Positions 36,174 to 46,938 of a DNA stretch of 64,000 bases are shown piece by piece. Position 1 is the first letter of the stretch, and each line of letters starts with the position of its first letter. Source of the stretch: Flectonema sp. DT1601 (Eukaryota); assembly GCA_964019425.1 (NCBI GenBank), contig OZ025784.1, positions 124,001 to 188,000 of the forward strand, written 5' to 3'. The notes beneath the pieces were generated by a model that was not told the origin of the DNA, did not search any database, and worked only from the letters and a program-made list of their open reading frames with translations. The position numbers and the translations under genes were made by a program.

Positions 36174-36273
36174 TTATTATCAAATTCCTGTAGAGAAAAC
36201 AAGTGAATACAACAATTTTAAATGCATTCAATAAAAAATAAAAACCAGTTGTTATTTTTATTTTTGATTATTT

Positions 36274-37341
36274 TTAGTCATCAGTTTCCACAGAAAGCAA
36301 CTCCGACAAGACATCAACAAGAAGGTTTTCCTGAGTAGAACACCAACCAACATTATAATAGTGACACAGATGTAGATATCCTATGTCAGGTATGTTGAAG
36401 GCAACGACAGCAAAATTGAGACCTGGAAAACACTTTTCAATCGCAGAAATGAATTCCTTCAAAGCAATCGAATGAGACTCTTCAAATACCTCATCATCGA
36501 TAGTCAAAGGACATGATGGTTGTCTACCAGTCATCACAAAAACAAGAGGCTTTCTAGATTCTGAATATAATTTTAAATTTGATAAAAGTCTACTCCACCT
36601 TCTATCAAATTGATCACCAGCATCATCATCACCATGATGACTACTTATAACACTGTAAGACGCATCGTATATGTGTTTTTGCTCTTCAGTTGACGTTGAA
36701 AACTCATTATCTCGAATCCATTTTAAATACTTAAACTCCTTAAAAGGTGTTTTCCCACGACTAACAATGTCATCAAAATTTTCTAACAGAGGTATCAATG
36801 TTCTCAAGTCTGATGTTCGAAGCCAATCAAGAGGATTTGTACCACCAGAACTTTGACCTGAAAGCCTAATTGCTTGAGAAGGCAAGCAGTCCAACCCAAT
36901 TGATATAACTTTATTCACGGGAACAGCAGTTGGATACTGTATATAGGGTGTTTTTGAAGGGATTGTTAGTAGGCATTTTTTAAAGAAGTTTTTACACAGT
37001 GTAGGGGAGGCGATTCGAACCCTACTGGAATTGGTAACGGAAATAGATGTTGTGATTGTCGTCAGTCCGTTTGTCAGTTTTTCAAATATTTTTGTTACTT
37101 TTTGTTGACAATTCACACTAATCAGATTTTCATCTCCAGAAGGAGAGTCGATTACCTGTAAGAACAATGCCGTGCGGGGGATCACTGCATTATTTATAAA
37201 GACGGTACCACTCATACCCGCACACAGTTCTATGTGTCCTATCACATCGACACCAGTCTCCGATAACAGAGGAAGATACAGAGCATCACCCGGATTCTCA
37301 CGAATCTCTTTCAGATGACTCTCACTAATATCAAATGACAT
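36274..37341 (-). CDS. DUF1796-like putative papain-like cysteine peptidase domain protein
   Basis: VISIGLDCLPSQAIR...NPLDWL resembles the SLG..C...PFDW signature. Later HH and RR..RL motifs also fit. Confidence 0.65.
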   Translation of the reverse strand: MSFDISESHLKEIRENPGDALYLPLLSETGVDVIGHIELCAGMSGTVFINNAVIPRTALFLQVIDSPSGDENLISVNCQQKVTKIFEKLTNGLTTITTSISVTNSSRVRIASPTLCKNFFKKCLLTIPSKTPYIQYPTAVPVNKVISIGLDCLPSQAIRLSGQSSGGTNPLDWLRTSDLRTLIPLLENFDDIVSRGKTPFKEFKYLKWIRDNEFSTSTEEQKHIYDASYSVISSHHGDDDAGDQFDRRWSRLLSNLKLYSESRKPLVFVMTGRQPSCPLTIDDEVFEESHSIALKEFISAIEKCFPGLNFAVVAFNIPDIGYLHLCHYYNVGWCSTQENLLVDVLSELLSVETDD

Positions 37342-37377
37342 TTTAATACTCCCAAGTGGAGAGTGTACCTGTCCAAA

Positions 37378-37474
37378 AGAGGGTTAACTGTTTGATTTTG
37401 TACGTAAAATACAAATGTATTGTATCATAAACAACATACAGTGACTAAGGGTAATGTTAGTGTAGGCGTACACT
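37378..37474. repeat. Short copy of the dispersed ~185-bp repeat family
   Basis: gttaactgtttgattttgtacgtaaaatacaaatgtattgtatcataaacaacatacagtgactaagggtaatgttagtgtaggc. Confidence 0.8.
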
Positions 37475-38043
37475 CTGCGATTGACGAAGATGCAGATCAT
37501 CAAATCGATACATCGTTTGCTGTTTTAATAATTGGTATGAAGAACAGAAGAAAATAACCAAAACAAAAGTTAAGGGAAATTTAAAACAAGAGATGAATCA
37601 AGAGTCTGATTACACCTGTGAGATAGGATTCATATTCGTGGGGAAATAAAAAAGAAATATACTTCAACCAAGTTAAGGGATTTCTTTTGAATACCGAAGG
37701 GTAGAGAAAAAAAAAGTCGCCACAGAAGGATGTACTAACGTACATCTTCTTCCATGATTTTTTTTATAACAAAGAGAGGAATTAAAAATGGAAAAAAAAA
37801 AAGAATAATAAAATAGTTTTTTTTTTTTTTTTTTCTTTTGCTTATAATATTGTTTTTTTTTTTTTTCTATTTTATTTGTTTTTTTTTTTTGTTTTGTTTT
37901 GGGAAAACAAAGGCAGACCTTAGTCTTGCGAACATGGGCCATGAGGCACCACAAAAAAAGTTAATATTGTTAGCTCAAAAGTTAATTGAGCAAGGTGTGT
38001 ATAATTATAACAAAAAAGTAATAATAAAGAAGGACAAAAGGAA

Positions 38044-39987
38044 TTAGCATTGGCAACCTGAACAGTCACAGCCATATCTGCTTTCAAGAGTGCTGCATTG
38101 GTAACCCCTCGAGACCCAGAAGTCGCAACTACGTCTTGAGCAACCTCTGCGGTTGTTGCAAGACCCGCCGGCAGGTGCTGGAGTTGGTTGGGAAGGAGGT
38201 GAACCAGCAGAACAACCATTGCAACCAGTGCAGTCGCATCCGTGAGTGTTTTCAAGTTGACTACACCCGTAGCCTCTACCAACCCAATAATCACAAGTAG
38301 CTCCGTAGCAGTCATCAGAACGACATCCCTGTGTTGCTGGACCAGGTGTTGGTGCTGGAGCATTTGAACAACTTGAGCATCCAGTGCAGTCACATACAGA
38401 TAAACTACTGCACTCATATCCTCTTGAAGTCCAGTGATCACAACTTTGTCCATAACAACCTGATGTATCAGCACATCCCTGAGTAGGAGGTGGGGTAGCA
38501 GCAGGAGGAGTTGGTGCAGGAGCACTAGCGCAATTAGAACAACCTGAGCAATCACATCTGGTTAAACTACTGCAACGGTACCCACTTGAAATCCAATAAT
38601 CACAATTAGCTCCATAGCAACCAGTCTGATCAGTACATCCCGAAGGTGACGTTGGTGGAGTTGGTGGCGTTGGTGGAGTTGGCGGAGTTGGTGGAGTTGG
38701 AGTACGAGCAGGTGGAGTTGGAGTACGAGCAGGTGGAGTTGGAGTACGAGGTGGGGTTGGAGGAGTAGGTGGTGACGGTGGTGTTGGTGGTGACGGTGGA
38801 GAACTTCCATCACAAGGAACACGTAGCATCTTATTTGGAGCCCCACTCGGATTAGAGATGAATCCACTTCCTGCGTTACTCAACAACCAGTTAGTTACAG
38901 CACTCGCCGATGCCGAAGGATTCTGTCCGAGGAAAACAGCCATCGCACCAGCAACGTGAGGGGATGCCATTGAAGTACCAGAAAAAGTTGCACTTGCTGA
39001 GTCACTCGAAGCTCCAGCAGATACGATATTAGAACCCGGAGCGAAGATGTCAGTACAGGATCCCCAGTTGGAAAATGACGACCGAGCATCGCGGTCAGTT
39101 GACGAGCAAACGGTCACTGCAGACGGTGCGGAGGCAGGACTCTGAGTACAGGCATCACTGTTGTCGTTTCCAGCAGCCACTGCGAAACTAACACCAGCAC
39201 GAATAGCTGCTTCGACTGCGTCGTTTTCAGATCGAGAACGACTTCCACCGAGTGACATGTTAGCGAGTGATGGTCTACCCCGACGACGAGCGTTCTCAAC
39301 CACCCACTGAATTCCATTAATAATCCCAGCAGTAGTTCCAAACCCATCGTCTCCAAGTACCTTCACTGCGATGATGTGAACCTGTTTAGCCACTCCGTAG
39401 GTCGTTCCGCCGACAGTTCCTGCAACGTGAGTTCCGTGGCCTTGACGGTCAGAATTTGACGATCCGCTGACGAAGTTCTCTCCCCAAGTACAACGTTGTC
39501 CGCCATCAAATTCCCGATGAGAGCATCGAACACCAGTGTCGAGGATGTAAGCATCAACTCCTTCTCCCCATCTTTCGTTATGAGCGAAATTAGATCCCAT
39601 GTCTCTAGCACGCTCGACAGTTACTCGTCTCTGTCCCCATGAAACAGGTGACCTCTGACTGTTTGGACAAGTCTGCTGTGATATACGAGCGATACGAACT
39701 GGTTCGTAGTACTCTACAATACCTTTGTCACCTTTTGCCATTTCCTCTTCAACCCATTCCTTTAGTGAGTCATCTAGCTCTGATTCAACGGCTTCAAAAG
39801 TTTCACCGATTCGACAAAGTTCACTACTCTTCTTTGATGACATTATTCTGTCATTTGAATTCGATCTCTTTATCCCATTTCGATACTTAATGAGATACTT
39901 CCCAGGGACAACATCTCCAGCCTGCAAAGACTGAGAGTTGCCCAGAGAGAGAGCGCAACCGAATAGAATTAGTGAAGTCTTCTTCAT
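38044..39987 (-). CDS. Secreted subtilisin (S8A, proteinase K-like) with Pro/Thr linker and four Cys-rich repeats
   Basis: Catalytic motifs LDTG, HGTHVAG and GTSMASPHVAG, plus AAGN. Signal peptide from MKKTS and an I9-like prodomain. Confidence 0.95.
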   Translation of the reverse strand: MKKTSLILFGCALSLGNSQSLQAGDVVPGKYLIKYRNGIKRSNSNDRIMSSKKSSELCRIGETFEAVESELDDSLKEWVEEEMAKGDKGIVEYYEPVRIARISQQTCPNSQRSPVSWGQRRVTVERARDMGSNFAHNERWGEGVDAYILDTGVRCSHREFDGGQRCTWGENFVSGSSNSDRQGHGTHVAGTVGGTTYGVAKQVHIIAVKVLGDDGFGTTAGIINGIQWVVENARRRGRPSLANMSLGGSRSRSENDAVEAAIRAGVSFAVAAGNDNSDACTQSPASAPSAVTVCSSTDRDARSSFSNWGSCTDIFAPGSNIVSAGASSDSASATFSGTSMASPHVAGAMAVFLGQNPSASASAVTNWLLSNAGSGFISNPSGAPNKMLRVPCDGSSPPSPPTPPSPPTPPTPPRTPTPPARTPTPPARTPTPPTPPTPPTPPTPPTSPSGCTDQTGCYGANCDYWISSGYRCSSLTRCDCSGCSNCASAPAPTPPAATPPPTQGCADTSGCYGQSCDHWTSRGYECSSLSVCDCTGCSSCSNAPAPTPGPATQGCRSDDCYGATCDYWVGRGYGCSQLENTHGCDCTGCNGCSAGSPPSQPTPAPAGGSCNNRRGCSRRSCDFWVSRGYQCSTLESRYGCDCSGCQC

Positions 39988-40102
39988 GGTGTTTATTTTT
40001 TGTTGATGTTGAACAGAAGAAACTGTGCAAAAAAATAAAAATAAAAATAAATTTAACAACTACAGAAAAAAAAAAAACAGGCGCGGAGGTTGATTGGTTT
40101 GG

Positions 40103-40552
40103 TTACGATTTAGATTCAAACGACCTGTCTACAAATACAGTATTGGTATCAGAAGGGAAATAGGAAGACGATGCTTTAAGTAAATGAGGAAGCAGTCCGG
40201 GTTGAAGTTGATTTCGAGATGTGATACTGCTTTGCTCAGCTGTCGAACAGTCATGCTGAACAACACAAGAAACGCCTGAACAAACAACTCGAAGAAGAGA
40301 TCCCTTTTGCTGATCACTACAATACTTAACCATTCCATTTATTATGACGACCATCTCACCGATTCTACTTCTCAATAACTCTGTTTCAGCAGTGGTGGTA
40401 GACAGTAACCTACATCTCGCTGTTTTATCGATAATTTCAAATTCAACAACTTCAGTCGAATCAACTTTTACACTAACCACTTCACGGTGAATTACAACAG
40501 CGATATTTACAACTTTTCCAGAAATTATTTCATTCAATGGTGTCAAAGACAT
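40103..40552 (-). CDS. Small OB-fold (ssDNA-binding-like) protein
   Basis: VNIAVVI...FEIIDKTARCRL...GEMVVIING.VK pattern is typical of RPA/NABP-type OB folds. Confidence 0.6.
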   Translation of the reverse strand: MSLTPLNEIISGKVVNIAVVIHREVVSVKVDSTEVVEFEIIDKTARCRLLSTTTAETELLRSRIGEMVVIINGMVKYCSDQQKGSLLRVVCSGVSCVVQHDCSTAEQSSITSRNQLQPGLLPHLLKASSSYFPSDTNTVFVDRSFESKS

Positions 40553-40638
40553 GTTAGTAGCATTCTGTTATACGAAATACGATTGAGGGAGAGGGGGAAC
40601 TCAAAAAATCACAACAATCATTTCTAAATATCGCATAC

Positions 40639-41349
40639 TTAATCAGGATATGGAACAAGAGGGAACTTTATATAATGTTTCTCAGTCACCTCTTCACTGT
40701 GAAGACGTTTATTTTTTATATTATTGTACTGCGTGGGTCGGTTACGCTGGCGGTGAAGCCAAGTACTGGAGGCGACTGCTGGATCTCGGGAATGCTCAAA
40801 CAGTTGCTGATGAACTGGATTCGATACTTCTGGGCAGGTTACTCCGGCTTCGCAGATATGACGAAATTTACCTGTGCAAGTCTTGTCGTGATGATCACGT
40901 AAGCAGACAGGAAGAATATGCCAATAAGATAAACAGTGAGATACACTCCTCAACTCTGGGCAGTTCTCTGATAAATGACATGCGTGCATTAACATCATTC
41001 TGTGTGATTCTTCATGAACATGGGGACAGTCGACAAATTTTGGACAAAAGTTCTTATGTCCAACAACAGGAACTCTCTTCTTTCCCTCTTGAGATTCCGC
41101 GCTTCTCTGTGCTAAGGCGTGGCCTCGTAGCTCTTTTAGTTTTCTTAACTCTTTTTCCAATTCTTTTTCAGTTTCAGCAACTTTCCACTGATCTGAAGTA
41201 CCTACCTCTGAGGAATACCTAGACGGCAATCGAGAAGAGGTAGAAGCTACTTGTGAATCACGTTTGGCGCCATTATATTGGCTTTGTGAGTATCGATCAC
41301 CTGTTGCAGGAGGTCCTCTTGATGAGATACCTGAATAACGAGAACTCAT
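40639..41349 (-). CDS. Protein with PBZ-like (Cx5C...H...H) zinc fingers
   Basis: CPKFVDC...H...H, CHLSENC...H...WH and CEAGVTC...H...FEH. Confidence 0.65.
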   Translation of the reverse strand: MSSRYSGISSRGPPATGDRYSQSQYNGAKRDSQVASTSSRLPSRYSSEVGTSDQWKVAETEKELEKELRKLKELRGHALAQRSAESQEGKKRVPVVGHKNFCPKFVDCPHVHEESHRMMLMHACHLSENCPELRSVSHCLSYWHILPVCLRDHHDKTCTGKFRHICEAGVTCPEVSNPVHQQLFEHSRDPAVASSTWLHRQRNRPTQYNNIKNKRLHSEEVTEKHYIKFPLVPYPD

Positions 41350-41937
41350 TATTTTTTTTTTTTATATCATTTTTTTTTTTTTTTTTTTTTTTTCTGTTTG
41401 GTTGTTATTGATTACGAAAACACGCTACCAATACAACGAAATTGTTGGGACCGCTGGTTATTCTAATTCTCATTTACCCTCACACCTGATGTAAGTAAAT
41501 ATACTCCCCTGTTATGTGATAAGGATATTTTTATAATTTTTTTAAAACGATTCAATGTCAGACAGTCTGTCCAATTCAAACACAAAACACGAACACTTTC
41601 ACAGAGGCTGCGAGAAGAAAGAAAAAAAAAAAACGACGAAGCAAAATGAGCAAGGATTTTTTCATGAATGAAAAAAAAAGAGAGAGAAAAAAGAAGGAAA
41701 AAAAATGAAAAAAAGGAAAACGTAAGGCAAGAGAAAAACAAAAAAACGCGTTCTTCTGCAATAGTATTATGAGTGAAACAGATGCTCGTCGTTTTAAAAA
41801 AAAAAAAAGATTAAAAAAATCGGAACAATAATCGGCAAAGTTGGTAAGACATGCCATCAACATTTCCTCTTTTTTTTTTATCCAATAAAGAAAGATGTCT
41901 GTAGTCGGCTAAAAAAGTAATGAAAAATATACTTTTT

Positions 41938-43017
41938 TTATGCCTTTTGCCACCTACAACCGTTAGAGAATGCGAGATGGTTCATAGTAGGATCGTATAC
42001 AGCTGATAACCCTGGCATTCCGGTAGTGAATGTTATGTTGTTGCCGTTAACGGTTCCTGTTGCTGGTGACCAAGGCTGAGTTGGGCAATGGACAGATATC
42101 TGACTGCCGGAAACTACTGCTGACATTGCGTGGGGGTGGTCAACCCAAGTACCATCTAGAGGTGATCCCATAACCCACCTGATACCGTTTGAAAATGCCA
42201 ATGACCTCGTCATAGCGTCAAAGGTAGCAGTCATGCCAGCTGGCATTCCAGATCTAAATATTAAAGTATTTCCACTAACATCAGCGTGAGCAGGACTCCA
42301 TGGTTGAGTTGGACAAGCAACAGTAACCTTATCACCCAACTGAGTTATAGCCATAACATTTTGAGAAGCTGGTTGTTCATTCCATTGTCCAGCAACTTGC
42401 GCAGCTGCGACTGGAACTGGAACAGGCATAACCGGAACTGGCATAGGTACTGGAGCAGGAGGGGCACCTCCCTTGGTCCATACAACACCGTTTGTAAAGT
42501 TCATTCTCTGACTCATTGGATCAAACGTAGCCGACAGTCCAGCAGGCATTCCTGAGACGAATCTGATAGTTGTTCCTGTGATATTAGCATGGGCAGGAGA
42601 CCACGGCTGTGAAGGACAAGTAACAGTCACTTTATCACCCATTTGAGCGATGGTCATATTGTTTGCTGATGGAGGAAATTCAGACCAGGCTCCGGCAATT
42701 TGAGCAGACGCATGGTGGTGGTGGTGTTGGTGCTGGTGGTGATGATGATGATGGTGATGACCTGCCTGTCTGTATCCTCCATTACAGAATGGACATTTAC
42801 TAACAAAGTGCATGTCAGTACTTCTACATGCCTTTCCCCAAGTATTTTTTCCACCCATTCCCTCGCATTCACCACACCTGTCGTAGTGTCCCATTACAGT
42901 TCCGTTTCCATTGCAAACACCACATGGCTGTTTACAATGCATAGATGATCTAGGGCATGATTTTCCCCAAGTGTCAAAGTGACCCATGCCATTACATCCT
43001 GGACACTGTTGCATCAT
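41938..43017 (-). CDS. Protein with CxxCxGxG zinc-binding repeats, His tract and three tandem beta-rich repeats
   Basis: CPGCNGMG, CGVCNGNG, CGECEGMG, CPFCNG. Three repeats of W...VxCPxQPWSPA...GMP...FxNGxxW. Confidence 0.85.
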   Translation of the reverse strand: MMQQCPGCNGMGHFDTWGKSCPRSSMHCKQPCGVCNGNGTVMGHYDRCGECEGMGGKNTWGKACRSTDMHFVSKCPFCNGGYRQAGHHHHHHHHQHQHHHHHASAQIAGAWSEFPPSANNMTIAQMGDKVTVTCPSQPWSPAHANITGTTIRFVSGMPAGLSATFDPMSQRMNFTNGVVWTKGGAPPAPVPMPVPVMPVPVPVAAAQVAGQWNEQPASQNVMAITQLGDKVTVACPTQPWSPAHADVSGNTLIFRSGMPAGMTATFDAMTRSLAFSNGIRWVMGSPLDGTWVDHPHAMSAVVSGSQISVHCPTQPWSPATGTVNGNNITFTTGMPGLSAVYDPTMNHLAFSNGCRWQKA

Positions 43018-43446
43018 ATTCTGATTTTTTTTATTTTTTTTCGGTTAATTTCCTATCAGAGAGTTCTAACAATAAACTCAACAACATTTTTATAAGTCAA
43101 AAAGAAGTTTGGCTACCAAAACCGAACAAATCTAAAATAAATTTTTATTTTTTGAAACAACTAAATGAAACACCTGATCTGAGTGGTTCTTTTACGCTCT
43201 TTGAAAGTTAGACAAAACCAACAACAACAACGAACATAATCTATTTTTTTTTTTTTTTTTTTTTTTTTATATTTGCAGTATAAAAAGGTGTATATATAGC
43301 AAAAAAAGGGGGAAAAAAAAAAAACTTTGGATACAAAAAAAAGAAGACTGTTGAAAAGCGAAAAGCGCTCGAAACAGCAACGATTAATAAATTCTACTCT
43401 CCTTTAAAAAAAAAAAAAAAAGCTAGATTAAAAATAAATAAATATT

Positions 43447-46400
43447 TCAAACGTCAAGTAAGTTATATTGACCTTTTGGTAGCGTCTTTGGCGGAGGTAG
43501 TCCCAGTTCTACGGGAGATGACTCGCACGAATCCATTTCTTCATCTCCCATTTCCAGGTCTAGAAGTGGTTTCCTTCCCTCTTCTTCAAATTTAGATTTC
43601 TTATTTTTTGAAATTAATCTGTAGTACGGCGGCATCTTTTTTTTATTATCTTCGGGAACACCAAAAACAAAGTCAGAAGACGTAAGTGCTTCCTCATTAC
43701 TAGCATCAATAGCAACAGTAATTGGGAATTTCGGAGGGGGTTTTTTCAAAGATAGACCCCGAGAGGTGGTGTCAAGAACAGCTGTGTCAGGGATGAGAAT
43801 AGTGCCCTCATCCATAGGGATGTCTGGTGGTCGTGGGGATCGTAAAATTCGACCAGATTGCATGTTAGCATTGGCTGATGCATGTTTTGTTAGTGCGGAA
43901 ATAACAGGTCCAGCATTTGATGATGAATCGCTGTCAGATTCTCCGTTCATCATTCCAATTAGAATATCATCGTCGTCATCCCAAGTTTTTAGTATCTTTT
44001 CTGGTATAGCCATCTCTGTGTCTCTCATCCTTCTCAGCATCGCTTCTGCTTCGCCTTCCTCGCTGGTGACGTATGTCGATGACTCAGAATCGTCCTCATC
44101 TTTACTTCTTATACATGCTATAACTATACAACAACATACTAATGCTCCAGCAATAAGACCAACGATCCACCATGGGAAATCATCTCCGTCGTCACCCATT
44201 GGAACCATTGGCTCTTCTGTTTCAAGTGTCGTCGTTTCCGTTACAACAACAGGAGGTTCATTTTCAAAAGTTGAGTTACTAAAAGTGACTGTAGCCGTTC
44301 CAGAACTTGCTCGTAATGGACTTCCCGTTACAGCAATCGGTAGTGAAGTCAGAGCAACTGTACTGCCAGGAGAGCTCGTATCAGGAACAGGTGTACTTCT
44401 TACTGGTGAAGATGTATTCGGAACTGGTGTTGATATCGGAGGACTATTTGTATTCGGAACTGAAGTACTTCTGGGTGGTGACGGTGTGTCTGGAAGAGAA
44501 GTATAAAAACTTGGAGCACCTGTCCCTGGAACTGGTGTCTGCACAGGTCCCAACGTTGCGGGAACTGGCGTCTGTCCCGAACCAACAGGAGACAGCGTGT
44601 CCGGAACTGGTGTTGCAATTGGTGGTGATAGCGTATTCGGAACTGATGTTTGAAACAACGGTGATGCAGTATTCGGTAACGGCGTTGAAAGTGGTGGAGA
44701 CCCAGTCTGTGGAACAGGAGTTTGCAATGCCGGTGACTGAGTATTTGGTACAGGAGTACTATTGGGAGGTGAATCTGTATTTGGTACTGGACTACTAGGA
44801 GGAGATGGTGTGCCTGGAACATCTGTCTGAGTTGGAGACGGAGTCGGTACCACCGTCGGAACATCTGTAACAACCACACCGGGTGTTGGAGTACTTGGAA
44901 CCGGAGTGCTAACAACCGGTGATGCGGTGTCAGGAACTGGTGTCCTCCTCGGTGGTGACGCGGTGTTTGGAACTGGAGTCACAAATACGGGAGATACCGT
45001 ATTCGGAACTGGGGTTGAAACAGGCGGTGAAGACGTCACTTGTACAGCGCCCGGCACAGGTGTCGTTCTCGGGGGAGACGCCGTCTGCGGCACAGGTGTC
45101 GACAAGAATCCCGGCATCCCTGTGTCTGGCACTGGTGTGTTTCTGGGAGGAGAAGCGGTTGCAGGCACCGGAGTCTGCACCGCGGGTGACATGGTATTCG
45201 GAACACTCGTACTTAGAACTCCAGGAGCTGATGTCTGTGATCTACTACCAGGTGATGCAGTATTCGGAACTGGAGTACTAACAACTGGAGATGGTGTGTC
45301 AGGAACTGGTGTCGTCCTTACTGGAGAAGGAGTACTTGGGACAGAAGTAACAAAAACTGGGGAATTCGTATTAGGAACTGGAGTAGCTGTACTTCCAACT
45401 GGAGCAGCAGTCTGCGGGATTGGAGACTGAAAGACAGGTACCACCGTATCAGGAACTGGGGTACTTTGAGGTGGTGAAGGTGTTGCAGGAACAGGTGTTT
45501 GAATTGGAGGTGACAAAGTATTCGGAACAGGTGTGTTGGGTACAGCAGTAGTACCTGGTACTAACGTCGGCACTAAGGTCGGAACAGCGGTCGGCACTAA
45601 AGTTGGGACAGCAGTCGGCACCACAGTCGGGACAGCAGTCGGCACCAAAGTCGGAACAGCGGTCGGCACCAAAGTCGGGACGGCGGTCGGCACTAAAGTT
45701 GGGACAGCAGTCGGCACCACAGTCGGGACAGCAGTCGGCACTAAGGTCGGAACAGCGGTCGGCACCAAAGTCGGGACGGCGGTCGGCACTAAAGTCGGGA
45801 CAGCGGTCGGCACCAAAGTCGGAACAGCGGTCGGCACTAAAGTCGGGACAGCAGTCGGCACTAAGGTCGGAACAGCGGTCGGCACCAAAGTCGGGACGGC
45901 GGTCGGCACTAAAGTCGGGACGGCGGTCGGCACTAAAGTCGGTATGAGCGTTGGAACTGCTGTTGCTCCAGGTGTCAACGTCTGAGGTACAGGAGTGCTG
46001 ATTGGAGGCGATGGCGTATTCGGTACCGGAGTGGTTACAGGAGACAAAGTGTTAGGAACCGATGTGCGAAATAACGGTGACGCTGTATCAGGAACAGATG
46101 TCGCAGGCGGAATCACAGCAGCAGGAGAAACCGTCTGAGGAACTGAAGTCGATAAGAAGCTTGGACTCAATGTGTCAGGAACTGGAGTACTTATCAAGGG
46201 CCGAGGTGTCACAGGCACAGGAGTCCGTGCTGGAGGAGACGGTGTATCAGGAACAGGTGTACTTGGACTACTAGTAGTGCCAGGTGTTAAGGTATTTGGA
46301 ACTGGCGTACTACGAGCTGGGGAAGGCGTATTCGGAACTGATGTCGCCCTCGCTGGAGAAGGAGTCCTCGGAACGGGAGTCACGAACATTGGAGACGGCG

Positions 46401-46938
46401 TATCAGGCACAGAGGTAGATACCGACCCCACAGGAGAAGGAGTCCCAGGCACCAACGTTGACAAGAATCCAGGCACATTAGTATCCGGAACAGGTGTACT
46501 CCTTACTGGTGACAATGTCTGTGGAACAGGGGTTAATCTCACTGGAGAAGAAGTATCAGGTACTGGTGTACTCGTAATAGCAGGCGCCATAGTATTTGGA
46601 ACTGGAGTACTACGAAGAGGAGACAACGTATCCGGAACTGGTGTTGCCCTCGGAGGAGACAACGTATTCGGTACAGGTGTTACAAATACCGGAGACACGG
46701 TATCCGGAACTGGTGTCGCCACTGAACTCAACGGAGATCCAGTTTGTGGCACCGATGTTGATAAAAACAACGGTGCTAAAGTATCTGGAACAGCAGTACT
46801 CACGGCCGGTGAACTCGTAGCAGGCACTGGTGTCTGCCTTACTGGTGACGGTGTGTCTGGAACGGGTGTTGGTACCACTGCGTAGCTATTAATCACGAAC
46901 AGCAGCAGCAGAAGTACCTGCCCTCCTGGACACCTCAT
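43447..46938 (-). CDS. Mucin-like Pro/Thr-rich type I membrane protein
   Basis: 1163 aa. Signal peptide, dozens of TPVP(D/N)TxSP repeats, TM segment WWIVGLIAGALVCCCIVIACI, acidic cytoplasmic tail. Confidence 0.9.
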   Translation of the reverse strand: MRCPGGQVLLLLLFVINSYAVVPTPVPDTPSPVRQTPVPATSSPAVSTAVPDTLAPLFLSTSVPQTGSPLSSVATPVPDTVSPVFVTPVPNTLSPPRATPVPDTLSPLRSTPVPNTMAPAITSTPVPDTSSPVRLTPVPQTLSPVRSTPVPDTNVPGFLSTLVPGTPSPVGSVSTSVPDTPSPMFVTPVPRTPSPARATSVPNTPSPARSTPVPNTLTPGTTSSPSTPVPDTPSPPARTPVPVTPRPLISTPVPDTLSPSFLSTSVPQTVSPAAVIPPATSVPDTASPLFRTSVPNTLSPVTTPVPNTPSPPISTPVPQTLTPGATAVPTLIPTLVPTAVPTLVPTAVPTLVPTAVPTLVPTAVPTLVPTAVPTLVPTAVPTLVPTAVPTLVPTAVPTLVPTAVPTVVPTAVPTLVPTAVPTLVPTAVPTLVPTAVPTVVPTAVPTLVPTAVPTLVPTLVPGTTAVPNTPVPNTLSPPIQTPVPATPSPPQSTPVPDTVVPVFQSPIPQTAAPVGSTATPVPNTNSPVFVTSVPSTPSPVRTTPVPDTPSPVVSTPVPNTASPGSRSQTSAPGVLSTSVPNTMSPAVQTPVPATASPPRNTPVPDTGMPGFLSTPVPQTASPPRTTPVPGAVQVTSSPPVSTPVPNTVSPVFVTPVPNTASPPRRTPVPDTASPVVSTPVPSTPTPGVVVTDVPTVVPTPSPTQTDVPGTPSPPSSPVPNTDSPPNSTPVPNTQSPALQTPVPQTGSPPLSTPLPNTASPLFQTSVPNTLSPPIATPVPDTLSPVGSGQTPVPATLGPVQTPVPGTGAPSFYTSLPDTPSPPRSTSVPNTNSPPISTPVPNTSSPVRSTPVPDTSSPGSTVALTSLPIAVTGSPLRASSGTATVTFSNSTFENEPPVVVTETTTLETEEPMVPMGDDGDDFPWWIVGLIAGALVCCCIVIACIRSKDEDDSESSTYVTSEEGEAEAMLRRMRDTEMAIPEKILKTWDDDDDILIGMMNGESDSDSSSNAGPVISALTKHASANANMQSGRILRSPRPPDIPMDEGTILIPDTAVLDTTSRGLSLKKPPPKFPITVAIDASNEEALTSSDFVFGVPEDNKKKMPPYYRLISKNKKSKFEEEGRKPLLDLEMGDEEMDSCESSPVELGLPPPKTLPKGQYNLLDV
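45560..45950 (-). repeat. 24-bp coding tandem repeat (VPTAVPTL, about 16 copies)
   Basis: Units of gtcgg(a/g)ac(a/g)gc(a/g)gtcggcac(c/t)aa(a/g). Confidence 0.92.

Noticed and set aside
43766..46885. Long plus-strand Gly/Thr/Val-rich ORFs
   Set aside because: Antisense of the Pro/Thr-rich mucin repeats, which naturally lack stops.
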